NCBI GenBank assembly: GCA_964016885.1
Contig: OZ024740.1
Span: 118,420,001 to 118,484,000 of the forward strand
Length of the DNA: 64,000 nt
Source: Eledone cirrhosa
Lineage: Eukaryota
Reading direction: 5' to 3'
Positions 27,292 to 40,441 of this stretch are shown one piece after another (position 1 is the stretch's first letter; each line of letters begins with the position of its first letter). The position numbers and the translations under genes were made by a program. The notes below the pieces were generated by a model, which saw only the letters and a list, made by a program, of their open reading frames with translations, made no database searches and had not been told where the DNA came from.

Positions 27292-28198
27292 CTTTTTGAA
27301 TATTACAAAAACTCCATCTTAACACTTAGTCATCTTGAGACTATATTTGTCAAACCTGAGGGACACATTTAACTTCTAGTAACTATCAGCAGTAATATAC
27401 TGTTTGTATCTGGTTTTGAATAGGTGCACTGTATCTCAAAATGTCTTAAGATGCAAATAAAACGTTTGGTCCCAGGAAAGCTGTCTTGCTGTAAAATATT
27501 GTCTTAGAAAGTATCACCTGATAAACATGAAACCTGTCATGGGATCAGCAAAGCTAAACTCTACTTTAGCACGCTTGTTGCTGTATGTTGTTGAAACTAT
27601 CCCTAGTAATAATATTGAGATAAAACTTAGATTTCAGAAAACTTGAAAAGTGTATTGGTCATAATATTGATTAGCAGATCAATAGAAAAATATTTGGTGA
27701 CTACTTGCAATTAACTGATAATCAACAGGAAATAATCTGAACTACCAAAATAAGATTCTTTGCATTGTCTTTCTTTATTGACCTAATACCATGTAATTAG
27801 GTCTATTGTCACTGTTGATAATGTCCAAAAGGTTTGTGACTGCACTTGTTATTTGGTGATGTCAATGTTACAAATGTCATATGGGATTCTGTTAGCTTCT
27901 ATACATCTTAAGCACCAGTAAAACTCTCATGCATATGTGTGAAGAGGTTGTATAAAAGATGCTAGTCACAAAAAAATACCATCATTTGAGGCACATTGTC
28001 ATAAGGCAATATCATTGGACATCATCCATGTCATCATCATCGTCATCATAATCATTCTTCTCCTTATCATCATAATGAATCTTATCCTCATCATCAACAT
28101 AAATACCAACAAACCCTACATTACCACCAACCCACATCCAGTACCATTAATATTCTCCTCCAATAAATATAGCCAGTTTTCATAAATGTTAGCTCCTT
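27292..28198 (-). pseudogene. Decayed large exon-like segment with acidic stretch
   Basis: Polypyrimidine + tttcag acceptor at 28199-28200, donor aag|gtaaaa at 27291. Remnant peptides EGANIYENWLYLLEENING and GIYVDDEDKIHYDDKEKNDYDDDDDDMDDV with frameshifts. Confidence 0.4.
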
Positions 28199-28654
28199 CT
28201 GAAATACCAGAACAATAAAAGAATAGTAATAGAAAAAGTTAGAAAAACAGGGCAGTTTTTTGTTGTTTTATATTTATTTGAAACACCACTTCAGAATTGA
28301 AACAAATAAGAATAAATTGGGAATAAAATGCAATATATTTACTTCATTTTACCCATTCTAGCATATATCTTTGTATAATATTTTCATGAACATATTACTA
28401 ATAAATTAATTTTATCACACGTATATGTAAAGTCATACGTATGTTTATAATTGTCTTCTGTGGTGAACATTCATTTATATTATATTACACATCTATCTAA
28501 ATATCAAAGTATATATACACATGTTTGAGATGTGAGTATATATATCTGTGTGAACAAAACAGGGTCCTCCAATCTAGATCTCTCACAATGGGACAATCAG
28601 TCCTACCCATTCTAGCATGGGAAATTAACGTTAAATGATGTCATATATATATAT

Positions 28655-29170
28655 GAAAATGTTTAAACCCGACGCCAGAGCTCAAGCCGTGTTTCGATGG
28701 CTATTTCAGAAATAGCCGTCGAAGGACTCAAGTATAGACTACTCCATTCAATGGAAAGCCATCACTAAGTCGAAGCCATACGCAAGGGGAAATCCGACGT
28801 GTGGCTTACGTATTGACGAACGAATAACTATTCCAAAGAGATTACGCAATAGTGATTGCCTAAACACGAGGAATGAATTTTTCACCCGTTGTCCACACGT
28901 CGCCAAACACCTAATGCATAACTACAAAGCTCCGGACTGATTCATTGTAATTTTATTTTCAACCTAAAAACTTTTCGGACTTTCGCCGTTATCTCACTTA
29001 CACCTCTCGCACGCAGTCTAGTATTGCTTGTGTGAAGTGACCGGGTTTCTGCGCATGCGCGTTTGTACGGTTGTCCTTCCTGTTCCTATAACCATGCCCA
29101 TTCCGAGCTGAAGATCCGCTAAGGTGAAACAATTGTTCTCGGTATGGTGAACTAACTGTTGTGTAACCAC

Positions 29171-29175
<5 letters not shown>
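28655..29175 (+). mobile_element. PLE (Naiad-type) 3' fragment: GIY-YIG C-terminus + pseudo-LTR
   Basis: Frame reads DYSIQWKAITKSKPYARGNPTCGL..ERITI...CLNTRNEFFTRCPH...* (ends about 28940). Flanked by (TA)n, hammerhead at 29103. Confidence 0.8.
29103..29142 (+). ncRNA. Minimal type I hammerhead ribozyme
   Basis: ccgag-CTGAAGA-t cc gctaa gg t-GAAAC aatt GTT-ctcgg: 5-bp helix I, palindromic helix III AACAATTGTT. Confidence 0.8.
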
Positions 29176-29241
<66 letters not shown>

Positions 29242-31105
29242 TGTTTTATATATATATATATACGCTGCTTGAATCTATTGGCGGTTAACCCTATGTAGGC
29301 CCTACGGGACGTGGGTGTTTCAACCTTACATTTGTAGACAATGTTACTAGAGAGGCATTTCCCGGATAGGGGGCAATCAACCCGATTCCTACAATTAAAG
29401 TTAGTACTAACTACAGGGTTGCACGTGTACCTGCGGCTAGGTAGTTTAGCTAAATTTGAAGCTGTGATGTTATGTGCAAGGTTAGGAGTCGTAGAGCAAG
29501 ACATTTTAATAGTATTTCTATTAAAAATGTTAATATTTATGTGTGGTGGGAAAATGCTTCGAAATAAGGGAAACAAAGATCTTAGCTAGTGGTGTGGCCA
29601 GAGAATAGACCTAGAATAGATCCCGACGCATTATATGGAGGTGTCCACACCATTAGCTAAGATCTTTCTATCCCTTATTACGAAGCATCTTCCCTCTACA
29701 CATAAATATATTAACATTTTTAATAGAAATACTATTAAAATGTCTTACTCTACGACTCCTAACCTTGCACATAACATTACACTTTCAAATTTAGCTAAAC
29801 TACCTCGCCGTAGGAACACGTGCAACCCTGTAGTTAGCCCTAACTGTAATTGTAGGAATCTAGTTGATTGCCCCCTATCCGGAAATGCCTCTCTAGTAAC
29901 ATTGTCTACAAATGTAAGGTTGAAACACCCACGTCCCGTAGGGCCTACATAGGGTTAACCGCCAATAGATTCAAGCAGCGTCTTTACATGCATACCCATT
30001 CTTTTCGTTACCTTCTAAGAAGGAATATGACGTCACTTTCAGCTTATATCTGGAGTCTAAAAGACAACCACGCCCAATATAAGTTACACTGGGAGTTCCT
30101 AGCTAGGGCTATATCGTATAACGGAAATAAAAGACCATGTGACCTCTGCGCCGCTGAGGCCCTGGAAATACTCTGTGCCACAGACCACATCTTAAACCAA
30201 AAATCAGAGGCAATTTCGGCTTGTAAACAAATTGCACAAAACTTTCCTGTATTACAGCCCCACATTATACCCTAACGGATAGTACGATCTATACGCGGAT
30301 AATTTACGTCTTAATGTGGTAGCTAAGTATATGTTATGTTTATACCATTACTTATTTGCAAAGGTAAGTATATATTACCTGTATGTTTTGTGAAGGTACG
30401 TATACTTTGTCCTACGTATATTTGATTGTATATGTTATGGCGTATATTTTATATATTTTCGTACATATGCTTTTGGTTATGTGTATACGTGAGTTTTGCG
30501 TCTGTGTGAGTATGCGGGTTCATACGTATGTAGGGCGTGTGTATATGTGTACTTCGTGTTTTGGTTGACGCTCGTCTCCGAACATTTGTGTATTTACATG
30601 TAGGTATGTGTGTGGGCTTGTTATATACGTATTTATTTATTTATATACGTTTATTTAATTATTTGTGTACACGCACACACACACAGACACACACATATTT
30701 ATATGTGCGTGTATTTGAATACCTATGGCGAGTGTTTAAGCGTATGCTTGTGTATGTACGTATTTGGATGGATGCGTGTATGTATTTATTTAATTTCAAT
30801 TACCTCTGTATTTTATTTACTTTATTCTTAACTCTGAAGCGGAGAATCATTCGGTTTCCTAGTTAGAATTTTAGTCTGCGACTTTAGTTATACCATTTAC
30901 GTGGTTTTGTCTTTGCCTGCAATTGTTCTCCACGATCCACATATGAAGTATTATCTTCGTTTTTTGCGTTCATTGCCAGAGAACGTCTCTATGAACCACC
31001 TAAGAGAATATTAGTCTACGAATATTAGTCTATTAGTCTAGTTCTTTCATGCCATAAACGTGGTTTTCTCTTTGCGTCTAATTGTTTTTCACCGCTCCAA
31101 ATAAT

Positions 31106-31285
31106 TGTTTCTACTTTTGGCACAAGGCCAGCAATCATCCAGTGAATTACTGGTACTATATTTTATCGACCCCGTAAGGATGTAAGGCAAAGTTAACCTC
31201 GGCGGGATTTGAACACAGAATGGCAAGGGCCGTAACTCTATGCGTCAAAGCATGGCGTCCGACCTTCTACCGACACTGCCAATCC
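31106..31285 (-). mobile_element. tRNA-type SINE inserted in PLE 3' UTR
   Basis: Homologous to 6410-6590. Flanked by direct repeat CCGCTCCAAATAAT (31092-31105 and 31286-31299). The sister PLE copy near 47.75 kb lacks it. Confidence 0.85.
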
Positions 31286-31432
31286 CCGCTCCAAATAATG
31301 ACGTATTATATTCGTTTTTTGCCGTTCTCTGCCAGGGAACGGTTCAACGAACCAAAGTAACGTCTTCCTGTCTTCCTCCGGTTGCAACGTCTTTTAAAAT
31401 ATTCACTTCTGCGTTCACAGATTGACTTTGTT

Positions 31433-31483
31433 AATTTCAGAAGATCCCGTTAAGGGTAAAAGCAGCGATTCTTTGCTTAAACT
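31433..31483 (+). ncRNA. Hammerhead-like motif, CAGAAGA core variant
   Basis: aattt-CAGAAGA-t ccc gttaa ggg t-(A)AAA GCA gcgattctt TGC TT-aaact. Sister copies at 48922-48972 (+) and 47581-47610 (-, partial). Confidence 0.6.
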
Positions 31484-31516
31484 TTAATCTGTTATTTTAA
31501 TAAATATATAAATATG

Positions 31517-31547
<31 letters not shown>

Positions 31548-31560
31548 ATATATAAATATG

Positions 31561-31617
<57 letters not shown>

Positions 31618-31619
<2 letters not shown>

Positions 31620-32012
31620 TTTTTTCCGTTATTACATAATCACACACAAGAAGAAACTGCTGAATAACAGAATTGAACGAACATTATTCTGCCGTCACAG
31701 AACTAAAACCCTTTTTTCCCACTACAAGCCGAATATTACATAAAAGAGGGACATCCCCCAACTATATAAACCTTAATCTAGTTAGAAAAATATAAAAACA
31801 ATCTCTTTTCAACATATATTAATAACCTTAAATTACCATACTAATAATGAAAAGATATGCTGATGAGAATAGGTACAAATATGCGATAATGAATGTGTCT
31901 AAAAACGTCCATAAGTATGTATATATATGTGAAAATGTATATAAATAAGTAAATATATATATATGTTTGATGTGTATAGTTAGATGTAAGTGTATTCATG
32001 TATTAAAGTGCT

Positions 32013-32061
<49 letters not shown>

Positions 32062-32062
32062 G

Positions 32063-32103
<41 letters not shown>

Positions 32104-32844
32104 GTATATGTATATATGTATATATATATGTGTATGTATGTATGTGTATATGGATGTGTATGTATGTGTATGTGTGTACACATGGACTAGAGTATGTATG
32201 TATATATGTGTGTGTCTATACGTGTGTATATATAAAGATAAGTTGAGTATGAAAATGTATACACATGAGCGCGTATGTATGTACATGAATACATGTGTGT
32301 ATATATATGTGTATGCATGTGTATATATATGTAAGTATGAATATGTGAATTGTGAGTATATGTATTTTGTAGAGGTGTGCAAATATATTTGTGTGTGAAT
32401 GCGTGGGTGAAAGAATACGTACACTTGAAAGAAAAATTTAAGTCTGAATGTTAAGTGCAAACACAAAACCAACCACGCATATCTTTACTATCTCTAATCC
32501 TTCTATAGATTTAGAAAAATAACCAATAATATATTCTATAAAAAATGTCAAAACAACAGATGGGAATCTAATTAATCACTGCCACCAAGAATTCTCACTG
32601 CTATCGAAAAACCACTCCTTCAACTATTCTTCTAACAACTTCACCCCTTCCTCCTAATATTCTCTATAAAAACTAAATAGGTCCTCAGTAATATTATTCT
32701 GATGAAATGACAGTAAACAATAACATTGAAATATTGAATGTCTGCATAACTAAAAGTTTGTAGATAGCTGTTTTAGGTTATGTAACTGTTATAGAAACAC
32801 GTGTCAATAAATTCCTTTCAACTAAACTGTATCCATTCAAATCT

Positions 32845-32850
<6 letters not shown>
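31618..32850 (+). mobile_element. PLE 3' fragment (last GIY-YIG residues + 3' UTR/pLTR)
   Basis: [24 protein letters not shown] matches the Naiad endonuclease C-terminal LLNxRxE...CxH pattern. TG-rich tract, HHR and AATAAA at the end. Confidence 0.75.
32694..32810 (+). ncRNA. Type I hammerhead with 88-nt hairpin helix II
   Basis: ttatt-CTGATGA-[a atgacagt...actgttat a]-GAAAC acgt GTC-aataa. The 3' strand of helix I overlaps AATAAA. Confidence 0.8.
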
Positions 32851-32880
<30 letters not shown>

Positions 32881-33234
32881 CATATATACATGTTTTTGTT
32901 TTATATATATATATAAGGTATAACAAGTTAGAGGTTGTGAGTACTCCGTATTGTGGATAGTTTTAACGTACGGCGTTGTTTGACTCAACACGAGGTGTCC
33001 ATCGTTATGTAGCGAAGTCGCGGGAATTCCTATGCAGGTTATTGTTGGAGTAATAATAGTGAAAGATTGAAGAATAACATGATCGACTGTACAAAACCGT
33101 TCTATTACTAGTATTAACAATTGTTTCATTGATCAGGTGAGTCTAATGGCCGCTAATCACTCGATCTTAAATGCAGTGTTTACCCCTGATCAAATCCTTG
33201 AAATGTTCTTCGGAATATATATATATATATATAG

Positions 33235-33295
<61 letters not shown>

Positions 33296-33379
33296 TTTAC
33301 GTATCGAGAAAGAGAGAAAAAGGAGGGATAGGTGATACATATAGTTATTTGCTAAGTAGCGTATGCCAAAGGTATACTA

Positions 33380-35716
33380 TAGCTACTACGCCTCTATCTC
33401 TCCCATACTCTTAAATAAGGCACTTATCTTAGCTAGATCTAACACTAGCCTCACCAAAAAAGAAATAGACATAATTCTAGCGGCACGTAGAACCATTATC
33501 CAGTTCGAAGGCTCCCACTGGACCAGAACCAGCCGTCCTGATAACTTCGATGTCACGATGGGGTCCAGCGACTCAGCGCAAGCAACTGACCTGGTTGGGA
33601 TATACCTCCTACATAAGCTTAGGGAAGAAATACCGGCCCTACAAGGAGGTGTATATAGGGACGACGCCCTGTTTACCGTTAGGAACCATAGCCCCGTAGG
33701 ATAGAGAACCTTAACAAACATATACACAGGTTCTTTAAGTCATACGGCCTATCCGTAACTATGGACCTCAACCACAGTGTTGTCAACTTCTTGGACGTGA
33801 CCCTGGAGTTGAGTACGGGCTTATACAAGCCATACCATAAGCCTGGAGAGTGCCTCTCTTATATTAATTATGCCTCCAACCACCCTACGCAGACTCTCAA
33901 CTCTATAGTCTATAGTATCTCACATAGAATCTCGAGGCTATCCGCCAATGAGGATATCTTCAACCAAGCGGCTGATTACTACAATTAGGCCCTGATAAGC
34001 GCCGGCTTTAACCGAGGAATTTCCTACATCCCTAACGCTAGCTCTAGAAACCACCCCCCTCATAAAACTAACGTTATAGTAAGCCATACCTATAACCGAT
34101 CACGCGGCGACCTCGTTAAAGTCGGATATAATAGAATAGATAACCGCACCAAAGATCACGTCCCCGGCGACGGTGAATACTGTAGATTACTCAAACTATT
34201 CTCCTATTACAAAACCAACAAAGGCGACGGCCTACTACCAACGCCTTCCAACCAACATCTTCGTGTACATAAACATGGAAGAGGTAGAAGGAGTGCACCC
34301 GAGCATAAAGTGAAAGGGGCACCGAACGGGCGACAGCGCATTAACACACATAAGAGCGATCACTTAGATGGAACCACCCGTAGCAAAAGTACAAGGACAC
34401 GTAATCGCCACCGTAACGTCCTATGGTTCCACCCCCCTACTCTCGAAGTGTGGCCTCCAACATACCCCGGATATTCTTCGAAGCCTTAGAGAAGAATTTC
34501 CCACCCAACCATAGGTATAGAAAAATTCTTAATAGGAACAATATAAAAATATCCTTCTCTACTACTCCTAACCTAGCAGACATCATAGGAACAACGAACC
34601 ACAGTAAGATCACCAAGACACAGCACCTCAACACAGACGCACCTACACCTGACAATAACTATATCGGCCTTAACAACTCCCTGACAGCATCCAATAGTGT
34701 TGGCAGCGGCATCCGCAGACGCAACCAGAATGACCGCGAAGTGACTGGGGAACATGCAGAACATGACGTACGGAATAACAATCGCACTATCCCGCGTGCT
34801 GTGGGTTGTAATTGTGCTAACGACAGCTGCGGTAGCGTAGGTAACAACGTAGGCAGCAATAAAGATAGCCTTACCGTGGGAAATAGACGGAACCGCGACA
34901 GAAATTGCAACTGCCGCGACAGAGGACGCTGCCCCCTTAGAGGATACTGCTTGACTGATAGGGTTATATATAGATGCACTATTACTAGCCACAATAGCGT
35001 TAAACATTATATAGGGGCCACCTCCGGCCCGTTCAAAATTAGGTTTCGAACACATCTCCACTCTTTCACAAATAGAAAACTAAGGCATTCCACTTCGCTC
35101 GCGGACTACATCACATCACTAAAGGACTTAAACATCAGCTTCTCCACGCACTGGGAGATTGTCGGCAGGGCTGCACCGTACAACTTCAAGAGGAAATGCG
35201 ATCTTTGCCTCATGGAGCTCTACCACATCATAACTGCACCCCACGAGCTCATCAACAGCAGAGCTGAAACAGCGATAAGTTGTACACATCGCTTAAAAAT
35301 ATCCTTCTTTAGATGGGTTAAGAATGAAGAGTGAAATAGTACACTGGATCTCCCTGCAACAAGTCTTAGCACCCCGGCGGGCAGGCGCAGCAAAATAACA
35401 CCCAGATAATAATCCTTGCATACCAGACCCAGCCTCAGACAAACGCATGCGGAAAAAAAAAAAAAAATATCCAGGAAAGACTGCCCTAACACCGGCCAGA
35501 GTTACCTCCCTTGACCTGCTGCAAAATCAAAACAAGATATTTTTGCGAGCAATGAATCTTGATGTAGATTTAACCCCCAAAACTCTTTCCGAACTATATA
35601 AGGAACACTTGTGATTATTTATGCCCTTGAGAAGCCCAACTGGGCGAAACGTACGTAGGTGATATTTTAAATAAACATGTTTTAACGGTCTATTCTCCGA
35701 TTTTTTACTTTCCCAC

Positions 35717-35720
<4 letters not shown>
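33380..35720 (+). mobile_element. PLE (Naiad-type), 5'-truncated, frameshifted RT + GIY-YIG
   Basis: YYASISP, MGSSDSAQATDLVG, VYRDD, VNFLDVTL, YKPYHKP, NHP. CNCRDRGRCPLRGYC, VIYRC...HYIGAT, CDLCLME, LINSRAE. Stop at 35334. TATA 35595, HHR 35625, AATAAA 35670. Confidence 0.93.
35625..35659 (+). ncRNA. Minimal hammerhead, U3-A8 core variant
   Basis: cc-TTGAGAA-gccc aact gggc-GAAAC gtac GTA-gg, with palindromic helix III ACGTACGT. Helix I is only 2 bp. Confidence 0.6.
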
Positions 35721-35769
<49 letters not shown>

Positions 35770-35795
35770 GATAAATCTACCAAGAGTTTACGGTA

Positions 35796-37919
35796 GTGTC
35801 CAATCCAAAAAAGTCTAAAAAAATCCATGTCCACTCGGACAAAACTGGTAACTTGTATCATATGGATATTGAACATTATAATGAGTTCATATATAAAGAA
35901 CTCAGAAAAAATTATAAAAAATCTAATAATGCGTCACTCACCAACATCAACAACAAAACACACAACATAGTAAAAAAACTAAACATTGAAGATAGAACTG
36001 AACCTTTGGCATTGAAAAGACCACACTTCAACCTGAAGGATCATAAATCAAACTTTAACTCAAATCCTTCTATTAGACTTATATGTCCCTCCAAATCAGA
36101 TATTGGAATAATTATCAAAAAAATTTTGGATAGAGTCATCCCACAAATAAGAAAACACGTTATTTTACCACTCTGGGAAAACACCTCCCAGGTAATTAAC
36201 TGGTTTAAAAATATTAGATGTAAATCTTCTGCTTCATTTCTACAATTTGATATAGATAATTACTATTCTTCTATATCACCTATACTCCTGAACAAAGCAT
36301 TGATATTTGCTAAAAATAGATCTAACTTAACTTTGGATGACATTAATATTATTACACATGCTAGACTAACACTTATTGAATTTCAGAATGAATACTGGAC
36401 CAGAAACACATATAGTAATCTATTTGATATTACTATGGGTTCAAGCGATTCCGCCCAAATTACTGATCTTGTGGGCCTCTTTCTCCTTTTCAACATAAAT
36501 GCCTCCTTTCCCCACCTCAAAGGTGGTTTATATCGTGATGACTGTCTTCTTCTTTCTAACAACCTTAGCCTTTCAGAAATTGAAAAAAACAAAAAACATA
36601 TTAGAACTTTCCTTAAAGACTATTATAATCTTCATATTACTTTTGAAAAAACAAGTAAAGTAGTAAATTTCCTAGATATAACTTTAGATTTAGCTACGGG
36701 TATCTACCAACCTTACCATAAACCAAACCAAAACTTACATTACATACACTCACAATCTAATCACCCTAAATCTATCCTTAAAAACCTTGCATATAATATA
36801 TCACTTAGAATTTCTAACCTTTCTTCTAACCAAGATGTATTTGATAAAAATGCGACCTTCTATAACGAAGCTCTAGATAGAAGTGGCCACAAAAATAGAT
36901 TAGAATATATACCTTCTACTAAAAATACTAAAAGCATACAACCTAATATTACCAACAAACACCAAATGAAAAGTACACACCTAAATGCCACCCACACTAT
37001 ACCCCAAAATACCAAATCTTCTAATATAAAATATAGTAACTCTCAAAAAACTACTCATCATACAACTCTAATAAATATTAATAATAAAACTCCTAATAAA
37101 AATGATAAAACACCTAAATCTACAAATATAACTAAAAATGGTTGTGGTGAGATCATTAACATTAATCCTCCTAGTAAACATCACGATACAACCTATAAAA
37201 ATAATAAAAATAATAAACAACATAGAAACCGAAATAGACGGGTTACTTGGTATAATGCTCCATTTAATTTACAAATTAAGGATAATATTGCTAAAAAATT
37301 TTTTTATATCCTAGAGAAAAACTTCCCGCCAAACCACAAATACCATCAAATCTTAAATAGGTCTACAGTTAAATTCTCATACTCAACAACAAATAACATA
37401 AAACAAAATATAAGTGCCTATAATGCATATAAATGTAAGAAAACCATAAGTATACCACCAGTACATCAAATTAACCATAATATCTCCTCAAATACAGAAT
37501 TAACGAAAGGTTGTAACTGTAGAAACAAAGCAAACTGCCCATTAAAAGGGAATTGTCTTGTTAACAACATAGTCTATAAATGTAATGTTAAAACTAAAGA
37601 TTCTATTTGCTCATATATAGGAGCTACCTCTAACAATTTTAAGACAAGGTTTAATACCCACAAGCATAGTTTTAAAAATGCCGCACTGGCTAATACAACA
37701 TCTCTAGCAGAAAAAATCAATAGTTATAAAAATAAGAATATAGAATATGATTTGACCTGGAGTGTGCTCAAAAGAGCCACCCCTTATCAAAATAATAGAA
37801 ATGAATGTAGATTATGTTCCCAAGAACTATTTGAAATAATGAAATCTAAGGATATCCTATTAAATAAACGACAGGAATTAATTATATCGTGTAATCATAA
37901 ACTAAAAAAAAACATTTAA
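35796..37919 (+). CDS. PLE reverse transcriptase + C-terminal GIY-YIG endonuclease (5'-truncated, open over 707 aa)
   Basis: HSDKTGN (DKT form), LKDHK..F..NPSIRLI, FDIDNYY, MGSSDSA, LYRDD, NFLDITL, SNHP, RNRRVTWYN, CNCRNKANCPLKGNC, IVYKC..SYIGAT, CRLCSQE, LLNKRQE. Confidence 0.93.
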   Translation: MSNPKKSKKIHVHSDKTGNLYHMDIEHYNEFIYKELRKNYKKSNNASLTNINNKTHNIVKKLNIEDRTEPLALKRPHFNLKDHKSNFNSNPSIRLICPSKSDIGIIIKKILDRVIPQIRKHVILPLWENTSQVINWFKNIRCKSSASFLQFDIDNYYSSISPILLNKALIFAKNRSNLTLDDINIITHARLTLIEFQNEYWTRNTYSNLFDITMGSSDSAQITDLVGLFLLFNINASFPHLKGGLYRDDCLLLSNNLSLSEIEKNKKHIRTFLKDYYNLHITFEKTSKVVNFLDITLDLATGIYQPYHKPNQNLHYIHSQSNHPKSILKNLAYNISLRISNLSSNQDVFDKNATFYNEALDRSGHKNRLEYIPSTKNTKSIQPNITNKHQMKSTHLNATHTIPQNTKSSNIKYSNSQKTTHHTTLININNKTPNKNDKTPKSTNITKNGCGEIININPPSKHHDTTYKNNKNNKQHRNRNRRVTWYNAPFNLQIKDNIAKKFFYILEKNFPPNHKYHQILNRSTVKFSYSTTNNIKQNISAYNAYKCKKTISIPPVHQINHNISSNTELTKGCNCRNKANCPLKGNCLVNNIVYKCNVKTKDSICSYIGATSNNFKTRFNTHKHSFKNAALANTTSLAEKINSYKNKNIEYDLTWSVLKRATPYQNNRNECRLCSQELFEIMKSKDILLNKRQELIISCNHKLKKNI

Positions 37920-38430
37920 ATATTATAAACCTAATTAATAACATGATTTTAGAAATTAATTTAATTTAAATGTTAGTTAACCTATAAATTTAATTTAATT
38001 AAAATTCTACTACAGATGAGAATATAAAATATTGTGTAATCATAAATTGTGAAAAACCTTTAAATATTACTAATATATACTTAGTAATTTAATTTATAGA
38101 TTAATTTTAATTTATTTAAACCTTTTATTAAAATTCCTTTACAGATAAAATATAACAAAATATCGTCTATCCAATGACAGAGAAATAATTTTTAGTATTA
38201 TAGACCTAATTAATATACATTTTAGAAATATATTTATAATTTGGTTTTAAATTTAGTCAACCTAAAAATTTAATTTAATTGGCTTAAAATTAGTATCCTT
38301 ATACAGACGGATTGCAGAGTGTCATGTAATCATAGAATGGGATGTGTTTTGGATGTATACCTAGTTAATATATTCTTTGCAATTTTTGAAAAAATATGTA
38401 TATGTATGTATGTATATGTATGTGTATGTA

Positions 38431-38495
<65 letters not shown>

Positions 38496-39169
38496 ATGTA
38501 TATGTATATATATATGTATATGTATTAATTTTGATTTCTATTTGCATATAATTATATTCTGCTATTGATAAAATACAATATCTGTTTTATTTATTATATA
38601 CCTAATTAACATATACTATAGAAATTAATATATAATTTTTAATTTAGTTAACCTATAATTTATATTCTACTACCGATGTAATACTTTATTTGTTTTTTCC
38701 CTATTACTAAATTCATTTCCTAATATTGATACCATAACGTTAATAACTTTAATTTAGTTATACTATAATTAATACTCTACTACTATTTAACTTCAAAATT
38801 CTGCTTCAAATATTATAAACCTAACTAATTTACACCTTAGAAATCAATATGTTAACTATCTTTAGTTTAGTTGACATATAATTAATGGTATACTTATTTT
38901 GAAATGCATAATTTTGCCTTATTTCTTGTATTTCCTAACACTGAAACTACGTAAAAACATATATTGGGATCCAGATACAGATAATATTCTATGTTTCTTG
39001 AAACATATATTTACTATAATCCCCTTCTCCCCCCCCCCCCCTTTCCCCCATACTATTATCATCTGTGTTTGTAAGCGTGTATGTATGAATATATATGTAG
39101 GTAGGTGTATATATGTTTGGGTATTTATATATGAATATAAAAATACATATATGCGCATGCAAATAAGAA

Positions 39170-39500
39170 TGTAAGATTGTGTGTATATATATGTGTGTAT
39201 GTGTATATATATGTGTATATATGCATGTGTATATATATGTGTATATGTGTATATATATATATATATGTGTATATGTGTATATGTGTGTGGGCGTGTATGT
39301 GTGTGTGTATATATATATATATATATGTGTGTATGTATGTGTATATATATATGTGTATATATATGTATGTCTCTCTATATATATGTCTATCTTCGTATCT
39401 ATGTGGGTATATGTGTGTATGTACATGTATGCACATGTATATGTTTATGTGTATATGTGTGTATGTGTCTATATGTACGTGTGCGCACATATATATGTGA

Positions 39501-39532
<32 letters not shown>

Positions 39533-39568
39533 GTATGTATATCTATGTGTGTATATATGTCTATATTC

Positions 39569-39600
<32 letters not shown>

Positions 39601-40155
39601 TATTTATTATTATAATATAACTTATGTGTATGTGTGTATATGTGAGGGTGTGTATATGTATATATGTGTATATATATGTGTAAAAATATATATGTGTATG
39701 TGTGTTTTTTTTGTGTGTGTGTATATATATGTATGTATATATGTGTGTATGTGTGTGTTTGTATGTGTGTTTATGGTTGTATGTGTGTGTGGGTGTATAT
39801 ATATAAATGTATGTGTATATATATATATATATATGTGTATATGTATCTCTATTAATGTGTGTATATATGTATATGTATATACCTTTTTCTTTGTATGTCT
39901 GAGTTGTGTGAGAGTGTAGTGGTGTTTGTATGTATATACGCATATATGGATGCGTATGTATTTGTATATATGAGTATATGTAAGTGCGTATGTATGTATG
40001 AATATATATCTATGTCTATGTATGAGTATATATGTGTGTGTATGTATGTTGTGTGTGTATGTATGTATGTATCTATGTGTGTATATATATATATATATGT
40101 GTGTATATGTATGTATGTATGTGTATGTATGTACATATATGTCTATGTATATGTG

Positions 40156-40198
<43 letters not shown>

Positions 40199-40409
40199 TT
40201 ATTTTATATATATGTGTGTGTGTGTATGTGTGTGTGTGTATATATATCTTTATATATGTGTATGTGTATGTTCGTGTAGGTGTATGTGTGTGTATGACTA
40301 TATATGTATGTGTGTATGTGTGTATGTATGTATATGTATGTGTGTGTACATGTATGTATGTGTATGTATATATATGTGTGTATATGTGTATGTATATATA
40401 TATATATAT

Positions 40410-40441
<32 letters not shown>

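Larger units (their letters stand above)
29263..31505 (+). mobile_element. PLE (Naiad-type), 5'-truncated, with inverted 5' segment
   Basis: 29645-30275: LAKIFLSLITKHLP...CNCRNLVDCPLSG / [12 protein letters not shown]...[12 protein letters not shown]...CDLCAAE...LNQKSE (GIY-YIG). 29263-29598 is an inverted copy of 29645-29980. TG-rich 3' UTR, HHR at 31433. Confidence 0.9.

Noticed and set aside
33363-37919. Selenocysteine recoding, reported for some Naiad PLEs
   Set aside because: Conserved Cys positions are TGT/TGC and the interruptions I traced are TAG stops or frameshifts, not in-frame TGA.
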